A model generated the notes under the pieces. The model was not told the origin of the DNA, did not search any database, and saw only the letters and a list, made by a program, of their open reading frames with translations. From the NCBI GenBank assembly GCA_039030915.1, contig JBCCDG010000004.1:27102-91101 (forward strand): a stretch of 64,000 bases of DNA. The letters run 5' to 3'. The position numbers and the translations under genes are program-made. The stretch is from Pseudomonadota bacterium (GTDB taxonomy: Bacteria > Pseudomonadota > Alphaproteobacteria > Rhodobacterales > Rhodobacteraceae). Positions 56,969-64,000 of the stretch are shown piece by piece. Position 1 is the stretch's first letter; every line of letters begins with the position of its first letter.

Positions 56969-59470
56969 CTATGCGGAAACGGCGCCCTGCGCGTCCTGCG
57001 CCGCTGGCGCGCTTCCGTCCCCGACATGGGCGCGCAGAAGCATCAGGCCGACGGGCGCGAGCAGCAGGTAGCATACCGCGCCGATGGCGAAGCTGGTGTT
57101 GATGGAGAGATAGGTGCCGACGGCGACGGCGAGGCCCGAGGCGAGTACCCCCGCGGCGCCGTTGACGGCCCAGAACCACGGCGTGGGTCGCGTGTCGATG
57201 CGGGAGACGAGGCGCATGCCGGTCGGGAAACCGAAGCCGAGGAGGAGCCCGGCCGGCAGGATGACGATAAGCGCCACCAGGCAGCGGACCGCAATGCCGG
57301 CCGTGTCGAGCAGCCCGGTGAGCGCGGGCAGCCAGAGCGGCATCAGGAGAAGCCAGGCCCCCGTCAGCGCGGACCAGCCGGCGAGCCGTGCCGGACGGTC
57401 AAGCGGAAACCGCTCCGACAGCGCGCTGCCGAGACCGGTGGAGAGAATGATGCCCGCAAGCGCGACCGCGAGCCCGTAGACCGGATGGCCGAGGAAGATC
57501 GAGAGCCGCTGCATGAGCGCGATCTCGATGAACATGAAGCCGAGCCCGATCGAGAGGAAAAAGGCGGTGCCGCCGAAGGCGAGCTTCGGGCCGATCCGGC
57601 GCACGGCGGAGATCGACGGCAGGATGGCGGTCAGCACCACCGCGACGACGGAGAGGAGGATGATCGTGGCGAGGAAGATCGTGGCCACCAGGTTGCCGCT
57701 GGCGATACCCCTCTTCGCGAGGATTTCCCGCGCATCGACGAGGGACGAGAGCTTGAGCTGGTTGAAGAAGAAGGGCTCGCTGTCGGTCGGCGGGGCGAAG
57801 TTGAGCGGCGCGTCGGCAACGAAGTCGTGGAGGTCCTGGATGGTCTTCGCCTCGCGCACCAGCGACATGATCGGGTCGGAAGGCGGGAATTCGGGCGCGT
57901 AGAGCACCTCGAAGCCGATGCGTTCCGCCGCACGCATCATGCCGTCGAGCTGCTCTTCGCTGAGCGGGTCGCGGCCGACGATGATGGTGGACAGCCGCTC
58001 CGAGCGGAAGAGGGCGATGTGCCTGTCCGGCTCCTCCGCGCCGAGCGCGAGCAAGGTGGCCTTGGCGAGCGATACGGTGCGGCCCGTCTCCCCGAGGTTT
58101 TCCGGCGAGAACCAGCGGGAGACGGTGAAGATGCCGCCCGGAGAAAGGCTCTCGAGAAAGTGGGACCAGCCCTCGATGGTATAGAGGCCGTTCTCCGTCA
58201 GCGAGAAGGCGCCGACGCCGGTGGCGGCCCAGGTATCGATGAGGCTCATCTGGATGAAGTCGAAGCGTTCGTCGGTGCTCGCAAACCAGGCGCGCGCTTC
58301 GTCGACGACAAGGGCGACGCCCTCGATCTCCGCCACCTGGCTGAAGTCGCGGAACTCGTTCTCGAGCAGGTCGATGAAGATCGGATTGATCTCGACGCCC
58401 GTGATCTCCTCGAAGCCGAAATGGTGCGCCGCCAGAACGTCGCGCCCGCCGCCGACGCCGATGACCGCCGCACGGCCGCTGTTGCCCGCGAAGTAGCCGA
58501 TATTGGTGAGGTCGAGCTCCATGAAGGAGAGATCGGTCTTCCCGGCTTCGAAGGCGTAGAGCGAGGTGGACGCGTCCCCGTCCATCCGCATGTCCCGGAT
58601 CAGCAGACCGGGCAGCTCCTCCCGCGAGAGACCCGGCGGACCGGCCTGGAGCGGGGCGGACGTGAAGATCGGGAACGAGATGTCGACACGGGAGAAGGAG
58701 TTCCAGCGGATGTCGGCGATCCGGTCGGCGCCGTAGAGCACGTCCTTCTGCATGAAGATGCGCAGTCCGTTGGGAAAGACGGTGGCGTTGGCCAACGAGA
58801 GCGCCAGCGAGAAGAGGAGGACCCCGGGCGCGACGATGCCGAGCCTGAGCGGCAGGGCGACGCGCGTCTCGCTTGCGGGCACGGCGTCATCGGCCAGGCC
58901 GTATCGGAAGAGGATACCCGCAAGAGCGGATAGCGCCGCGAGGAACATGACTGCCGAGACGCCGTCCATCACCGCGGTGAGCGCGAGGATGAAGAAACAG
59001 CCCGCCGCCGCCCCGACCAGATCGAACGCATAGACCTTGCCGATCGGCAAGCGCGTGCCCGTGAGCGCGAGGGCGATGATCACGCCGGCCGCCACATAGG
59101 GCAGCGCCAGGATGGGTATCAGCTTGGCCCAGACCAGAAGAAAGAATGCAGGTGATGAGAGATTGATCGTGATGATACTGGAGATGAACATTATCAGGCT
59201 GATCAGTATCAAGATCGAAAGGATCACCGATAGCGCACACAGGAGGTCGTTGAAATTATAGCGTTGCAGCTTCTCTCTGAAGAAATAGACGAGGAGAGCG
59301 CCGAGCGTCATGCCGATCATCGCCATACTGATGGCGAAGAATGCAAGCGAATAGAAAGCAGAGACCGACAAAATCCGAGTATGCAGTATCTGCAGCGCAA
59401 GGACGACACCGGCTACAAGGGCGAGGCCGATGTAGAAGCCTGCATTCTTGCCACGAGCGCGCGCCCGCAT
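56969..59470 (-). CDS. Polytopic membrane protein with central spermidine-synthase-like (class I SAM-fold) domain
   Basis: Hydrophobic N- and C-terminal multi-TM blocks (VYAFDLVGAAAG; WFWAVNGAAGV) flank AVIGVGGGRD, GVEINP, DEAR, FDFIQMSLIDT and ENGLYTIE. Confidence 0.85.
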   Translation of the reverse strand: MRARARGKNAGFYIGLALVAGVVLALQILHTRILSVSAFYSLAFFAISMAMIGMTLGALLVYFFREKLQRYNFNDLLCALSVILSILILISLIMFISSIITINLSSPAFFLLVWAKLIPILALPYVAAGVIIALALTGTRLPIGKVYAFDLVGAAAGCFFILALTAVMDGVSAVMFLAALSALAGILFRYGLADDAVPASETRVALPLRLGIVAPGVLLFSLALSLANATVFPNGLRIFMQKDVLYGADRIADIRWNSFSRVDISFPIFTSAPLQAGPPGLSREELPGLLIRDMRMDGDASTSLYAFEAGKTDLSFMELDLTNIGYFAGNSGRAAVIGVGGGRDVLAAHHFGFEEITGVEINPIFIDLLENEFRDFSQVAEIEGVALVVDEARAWFASTDERFDFIQMSLIDTWAATGVGAFSLTENGLYTIEGWSHFLESLSPGGIFTVSRWFSPENLGETGRTVSLAKATLLALGAEEPDRHIALFRSERLSTIIVGRDPLSEEQLDGMMRAAERIGFEVLYAPEFPPSDPIMSLVREAKTIQDLHDFVADAPLNFAPPTDSEPFFFNQLKLSSLVDAREILAKRGIASGNLVATIFLATIILLSVVAVVLTAILPSISAVRRIGPKLAFGGTAFFLSIGLGFMFIEIALMQRLSIFLGHPVYGLAVALAGIILSTGLGSALSERFPLDRPARLAGWSALTGAWLLLMPLWLPALTGLLDTAGIAVRCLVALIVILPAGLLLGFGFPTGMRLVSRIDTRPTPWFWAVNGAAGVLASGLAVAVGTYLSINTSFAIGAVCYLLLAPVGLMLLRAHVGDGSAPAAQDAQGAVSA

Positions 59471-59513
59471 AGTGGATCCTCATCGCTGTTCGACAGCTAC
59501 CGCTAGAAGAAGA

Positions 59514-60929
59514 TCATCGCGACATCGTGGCGTATGTATAGAACTGGTTCGATGCAAAATCCCAGTCCGGATCGTCCCAGGCGATCATCTTTCCCGGGTT
59601 GAGCAGCCCCTTGGGATCGCACTCGCGCTTGAAGGCGAGCTGGAGAGGATCGGTCTCCTTCATGCCGCCCTCCTCCAGCGTGTAGCGGTGGGGATTGAAG
59701 ATCGGGCAGCCGTTCTCCTCATGCAGCCGGATGATCTCTTCCAGCCGCTCCTCGGTGGTGAAGCGGACGAGCGGGAGCCCCGAGAGCTGGAGGCCGCCGT
59801 CGAAGCGGGTAATCTCGGTGTGTATGGGCACCTCGTCACCGAACATCGCGTGCATCTTCGCCATCGAGGCCAGCGGGTCCTCGCCCATATAGGCGGTCTG
59901 CAGATACGTGACCTCCGGATCGACGCGGAGGGCGCGGAGCGTGGTGTGGTTCCAGCCGAGCTCGTAGGCGGGCGGCAGGCCCTCGCTGTCGTCCCGCGCG
60001 GCGTCGTAGAGCACCTCGGCGCCGGGCCAGCGGGCAGCGATTGTGCGCAGGCCCGCATGGCTCTGCGGCGCGACCATGGCGATCAGGACGGATCTGCCCT
60101 CGGGCAGGTACTTCGCGTGGCGGCGGAAGTATCGGGACGGCACGGGGTCGGCGACGGTGCAGAGCTGCTTCAGGAGGATCGCATCCTCGTTCGCAAGCTG
60201 CATCGCGCGGCGGGTCGCCTCCACCACGTCGTCGAAGCCGACGATGACGTCGATCCAGTCATAGGCCGGGGCGAGCGGCATCCCGACCTCGACGATGGCG
60301 CCGTTGACCCCGTAGGCGTGGTTCGCCTTCTGGATCTCGTCGCCCGTGAGCGTGAGGATACGCGGCTCGGCCTCGCAGGTCACGATCTTGAGGCTCAGAA
60401 TGTTGCCCGTGGCGCGGAGGCCGCCCCAGCGGATGGAACCCACCCCGCCCGAGCCGCCGGCGATGAAGCCGCCGAGGGACGCAGTGCCGTGGGTGGAGGG
60501 ATGGATGCGCAGCTCCTGCCCGCTCTCGGCGCGGGCCTGGCGGTCGAGATCGGCGAGGACGATCCCGCTCTCGGCGAGGATGCGACCGGGGGGGAGCTCT
60601 AGGATGCGGTTCATGTGCTTCATGTGGAGCACGATGCCGCCCGCGAGCGGCATGGCCTGACCGTAGTTGCCCGTGCCCGCGCCGCGGGTTGTGACGGGGA
60701 TGTCATGTGCGAAGGCGGTGCGCATGACCGCCACCACCTCCTCGATGCTTCGAGGCGCCACCACGAAATCGGCGGTGACATCCTCAAGACGCGTCTTCAG
60801 GATCGGCGAGTACCAGAAGAAGTCTCGGCTCTTCTGCTTCACGGTCTTGGGGTGGTCGTCGATATCGAGATGGGCGAGGGCGGCCTTGGCGGCGGCCAGC
60901 GCCTCGGGCGTCGCTCGGGGCGTGGTCAT
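59514..60929 (-). CDS. FAD-binding oxidoreductase (VAO/PCMH, GlcD-like)
   Basis: SRDFFWYSPIL, TTRGAGTGNYGQAMP, GGFIAGGSGGVGSI, FNPHRYTLEEGG, DPKGLLNPGKM. Confidence 0.92.
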   Translation of the reverse strand: MTTPRATPEALAAAKAALAHLDIDDHPKTVKQKSRDFFWYSPILKTRLEDVTADFVVAPRSIEEVVAVMRTAFAHDIPVTTRGAGTGNYGQAMPLAGGIVLHMKHMNRILELPPGRILAESGIVLADLDRQARAESGQELRIHPSTHGTASLGGFIAGGSGGVGSIRWGGLRATGNILSLKIVTCEAEPRILTLTGDEIQKANHAYGVNGAIVEVGMPLAPAYDWIDVIVGFDDVVEATRRAMQLANEDAILLKQLCTVADPVPSRYFRRHAKYLPEGRSVLIAMVAPQSHAGLRTIAARWPGAEVLYDAARDDSEGLPPAYELGWNHTTLRALRVDPEVTYLQTAYMGEDPLASMAKMHAMFGDEVPIHTEITRFDGGLQLSGLPLVRFTTEERLEEIIRLHEENGCPIFNPHRYTLEEGGMKETDPLQLAFKRECDPKGLLNPGKMIAWDDPDWDFASNQFYTYATMSR

Positions 60930-62290
60930 GGACTGGTCTCCGTCGCTGTCGGCGTCTCCGTGCCCGCGCCGAGGGGCGGATCGAGCCGATCATAGGGCGG
61001 CGGGGCGGCATCGATCGGCCGGCCGCCGCGGATGACGATGCGCCCTGCCTGGGGCCTGGCGTTGAGCTCCGTCCAGCCGCGGGCGGCCGGGAAGAGGATG
61101 CAGTCCGCCGGTGTGCCGGGTGCGAGGGTGCCCGCATCCATGCCGAGGGCGCGGGCGGGATTGGCGGCGAAGCTCGCCGGCCAGTCGTCGACCGGATGGT
61201 CGAGATGCGCGATGCGGGTGGCCTCCCGCATCACCTCGGCCATGTCGAGGTCCCCGTAGGCATAGAAAGGGTCGCGCGTATTGTCGGATGCGAAGGAGAC
61301 GTTGACCCCCCTGGCCTTGAGCTCATGGACGAGCGTGATGCCGCGGTAGCGGGGCGTGCGGCCGGCGGCCCGGTCCTGCAGGTACATGTTGCACATCGGC
61401 AGGCACACGATGTCGAGCCCCGTCTCTGCCACCCGGTCCATCGTCCGGTCGGCCTCCTCCTCGCGCAGGATCGACAGGGAGCAGCAATGGCCGACGAGTA
61501 CGCGCCCCTCGAAGCCGTTACGGAGCCGCGCCTCGGCGATCTCGAGCAGCGTGTTGCTCTCGGGGTTCAGGCTCTCGTCGGCGTGGAAGTCGGCGTCGAG
61601 CCCGCGCTCCGCAGCGAGGCGGAAGAAGCGGTCCAGCCGCTCGGGCATGTCGAGCAACGGATAGGTGACGGCGCCGAGGATGCCGCCGTGCCATGCCACC
61701 AGATCGGCGATACGCTCGTAGCCGTCCGACTGCACTTCCTCGAGCGTGGTTAGCGCCGCCGCCTGCAGGGCGATGCGACCGGCCCAGCGCTCGCGCGCCT
61801 CGGCGAAGGCGGCCCAGCTCGTCTCGGTCCGATGGTCGCCGCTGTCGAGATGGGTGCGGATGGCGGCGGTGCCGTGGGCGTAGGCGGTCTCGAGCGCGAA
61901 GCCCATGCGCGCGGCCACATCCTCACCCGTCCAGCGCGCCGTGCGGTCCCCGCGCACCGCCTCGAGCGCACCCTGAAACGTGCCGTCGAGGTTGGGGCGG
62001 CGGCGCCAGATATGCCCCTTGTCGAGATGCGTGTGGCAATCGACGAAGGCGGGCAGCAGCACTGCGCCCTTCATGTCGAGCACCGCCTCATCGCCCCGCG
62101 GCTCGGCGAAGCGGCCGTCTCGCATGGCGATGTCGGCAAGCTCGAAGCCATCCGCGTCACCACGTGGCGCCGCGCTATCGCCCGGGCGCGGCGTGTCACG
62201 GGCTTGACCCGGGCCTTCCTGGCAGCCTTTCGGAACCAGCACGTTCTCCAGGCGGACGGGGCCCTCGGGCCAGGCGGCGGCGTCCCTCAT
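60926..62290 (-). CDS. Cytosine-deaminase-family amidohydrolase (possibly a pterin deaminase)
   Basis: FVDCHTHLDKG, IRTHLD, DFHADE, GHCCSL, LPMCNMYLQDR, ASDNTRDPFYAYGD. Confidence 0.88.
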   Translation of the reverse strand: MRDAAAWPEGPVRLENVLVPKGCQEGPGQARDTPRPGDSAAPRGDADGFELADIAMRDGRFAEPRGDEAVLDMKGAVLLPAFVDCHTHLDKGHIWRRRPNLDGTFQGALEAVRGDRTARWTGEDVAARMGFALETAYAHGTAAIRTHLDSGDHRTETSWAAFAEARERWAGRIALQAAALTTLEEVQSDGYERIADLVAWHGGILGAVTYPLLDMPERLDRFFRLAAERGLDADFHADESLNPESNTLLEIAEARLRNGFEGRVLVGHCCSLSILREEEADRTMDRVAETGLDIVCLPMCNMYLQDRAAGRTPRYRGITLVHELKARGVNVSFASDNTRDPFYAYGDLDMAEVMREATRIAHLDHPVDDWPASFAANPARALGMDAGTLAPGTPADCILFPAARGWTELNARPQAGRIVIRGGRPIDAAPPPYDRLDPPLGAGTETPTATETSP

Positions 62291-63168
62291 CGCTCGCGCC
62301 TCACCGCGCTTTCATGCCATTTGCGGAGCATGAGGTGCTGGATGAGGGAGGTGACGGCGAAGATCAGGACACCGGTGAGCGCGATCAGAAGGAGGGCCGC
62401 GAACATGCGCGGTATGTTGAGCCGGTAGCCTGCCTCGAGGATGCGGAAAGCGAGGCCCGCGCCCGTGCCCGCCGTGCCGGCGACGTATTCCGCGACGATG
62501 GCGCCGATGAGGCTGAGGCCCCCCGCAATCTTCAGGCCGGCCAGGAAGTAGGGCATGGCGGCAGGGATCTGGAGGTGGCGCAGCGTCTGCCATTTCGTGG
62601 CGCCGTAGATGCGGAAGAGATCGCGCAGATTGTGGTCGGCGGAGTTGAGGCCGAGCGTCGTGTTCGAGAGCACCGGGAAGAAGGCGACGATCCAGGCACA
62701 GACCACCAGTGCTACGATCTTGCTGTCGATGTAGATGAGGATCAGCGGCGCGATGGCCACCACGGGCGTCACCTGCAGGATCACGGCATAGGGAAAGAGC
62801 GACATCTCGATCCATTTCGAGAGCGAGAAGAGGATCGCGAGGCCGACACCGGCGACGATGGCCGTGGCGAGGGCGAGGCCCGTGACCTTGAGCGTCACGA
62901 GGAGCGCGTCGAAGAGGATCGGCCAGTCCTCCGCCAGCGTGGCGGCGACGCGTCCCGGTCCCGGCAGGATGTAGTGCGGGATCTCGTTCACCCGCACGAC
63001 CATCTCCCAGGCGCCGATGGTGAGTGCGACGACCACGACCGGCAGCGCCCACGCGCCGATGCGTTCCGCACGACGCCGGCGCATGCGCCGGATCTCGTCG
63101 AGGTCGATCTGGGGCGTATCTGGGCCGGAGGGGCGGGGCGCCTCGCGGGCGAGGGTCGTGTCGGCCAT
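62287..63168 (-). CDS. NitT/TauT family ABC transporter permease
   Basis: IPHYILPGP, LQVTPVVAIAPL, FFPVLSNT..GL, P.AMPYFLAGLKI, GAIVAE. Confidence 0.94.
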   Translation of the reverse strand: MADTTLAREAPRPSGPDTPQIDLDEIRRMRRRRAERIGAWALPVVVVALTIGAWEMVVRVNEIPHYILPGPGRVAATLAEDWPILFDALLVTLKVTGLALATAIVAGVGLAILFSLSKWIEMSLFPYAVILQVTPVVAIAPLILIYIDSKIVALVVCAWIVAFFPVLSNTTLGLNSADHNLRDLFRIYGATKWQTLRHLQIPAAMPYFLAGLKIAGGLSLIGAIVAEYVAGTAGTGAGLAFRILEAGYRLNIPRMFAALLLIALTGVLIFAVTSLIQHLMLRKWHESAVRRER

Positions 63169-63956
63169 CAGGGCTCCTCGGATCCGGCGCCCATCTCCAT
63201 AGCATCGCGGAGAGCGGCGGAGACGGTGCGGCAACGTTCCACATAGTCATGGCTGGTGCGGAAGGCCTCGCCGCGGGGATAGGGCGCATCGTTGGGCATG
63301 TCGTGCACCACGCGGCCCGGGCGGGCGGCCATGACGACGATGCGGCTCGAGAGGAACACGCTCTCGAAAACGGAATGGGTGACGAAGACGACCGTGCAGC
63401 CGAGGCTCTGCTGGAGCGACAGCACGTCGTCGTTGAGCTTGAAGCGCGTGATCTCGTCGAGTGCCGCGAAGGGCTCGTCCATCAGCAGGAGACGGGGCTT
63501 CGTGACCATGGCGCGAGCGATCGAGACGCGCATCTTCATGCCGCCCGAGAGCTCGCGGGGATAGGCGCCCTCGAAGCCCGCGAGGCCGACGGAGGCGATG
63601 GCTTCCTCCACCCGTGCCGCGGCAGCCGAGCGGGAGACGCCGCGCAGCCTGAGCGGCAGCCAGACATTGCCGAAGACGGTGGACCAGGGCGCGAGCGTCG
63701 GCTCCTGAAACACGACGCCGAGATCCGGCTCCACGCCCGCGCGCCAGCGGATCTGGCCGGTGGTGGGCTGGGCGAGGCCCGCGATGAGGCGGAGGGCGGT
63801 GGACTTGCCGCAGCCAGAGGGGCCGAGGAGGGAGACGAAGTCCCCCTCCCCCAGCGCGAGGCTCATGCCCTTGAGCGCCGTCACCTGCCCGCCGAAGACC
63901 TTCGAGACGTTGCCGATGGTCAGGAGGGGTGCCGACGGGATCTCGGTGCCGTCCAA
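63168..63956 (-). CDS. NitT/TauT family ABC transporter ATP-binding protein
   Basis: GPSGCGKST, ELSGGMKMRVSIAR, LLMDEPFAALD, FVTHS. Confidence 0.96.
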   Translation of the reverse strand: MDGTEIPSAPLLTIGNVSKVFGGQVTALKGMSLALGEGDFVSLLGPSGCGKSTALRLIAGLAQPTTGQIRWRAGVEPDLGVVFQEPTLAPWSTVFGNVWLPLRLRGVSRSAAAARVEEAIASVGLAGFEGAYPRELSGGMKMRVSIARAMVTKPRLLLMDEPFAALDEITRFKLNDDVLSLQQSLGCTVVFVTHSVFESVFLSSRIVVMAARPGRVVHDMPNDAPYPRGEAFRTSHDYVERCRTVSAALRDAMEMGAGSEEP

Positions 63957-63960
63957 GCCG

Positions 63961-64000
63961 TCACCCGTCGGTGAGCGTCTTCTTGATGTCGAGCCCCACG
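63961..64000 (-). CDS. 3' end of an upstream gene, probably the ABC substrate-binding protein (truncated by the window edge)
   Basis: Reads ...VGLDIKKTLTDG*, ending 4 bp before the ATPase start; position fits the substrate-binding gene of this operon type. Confidence 0.5.
   Translation of the reverse strand, partial: VGLDIKKTLTDG

Noticed and set aside
57026-58933. 635-aa plus-strand ORF
   Set aside because: Antisense shadow of the spermidine-synthase-like membrane gene.
1-64000. tRNA, rRNA, riboswitches, prophage, defence systems, intact transposases
   Set aside because: None recognised by eye in the intergenic regions or ORFs. An Infernal, tRNAscan or DefenseFinder run would be needed to exclude them fully.

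Overview
High-GC (about 70%) alphaproteobacterial chromosome segment, probably Rhodobacterales-like (inferred from gene content), made up mostly of core and metabolic genes. In order: moaB; an orphan Hpt protein; an M17 aminopeptidase / NlpC-P60 / MltB-type cell-wall cluster; a CigR-like secreted protein behind an EcfG-type promoter; a dimethylglycine-dehydrogenase-like GcvT protein; a YbaY-META protein flanked by IS481 and IS3 relics; truB-rpsO-pnp; a MoxR-DUF58-BatA/DUF4159-GATase-like operon with an extra translationally coupled secreted-protein gene; DUF1285; a K+ channel; nudL-cca-lysE; small enzymes; hemF; tandem ABC exporters; an unannotated 58-aa membrane protein; a TRAP transporter; an ELWxxDGT-repeat/DUF4214 surface protein; a cNMP-binding membrane protein; pxpABC; a diaminopropionate ammonia-lyase-like gene; a SAF-domain dehydrogenase; a near-complete purine catabolism cluster (xdhABC, puuD, uraH, puuE-uraD fusion, allE, allA, 8-oxoguanine deaminase-like); a membrane-embedded spermidine-synthase-like protein; and a NitT/TauT ABC + deaminase + FAD-oxidoreductase operon cut off by the right edge. 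I found no rRNA, tRNA, CRISPR array, prophage or intact mobile element. All family assignments come from motif recognition by eye; no database search was run.
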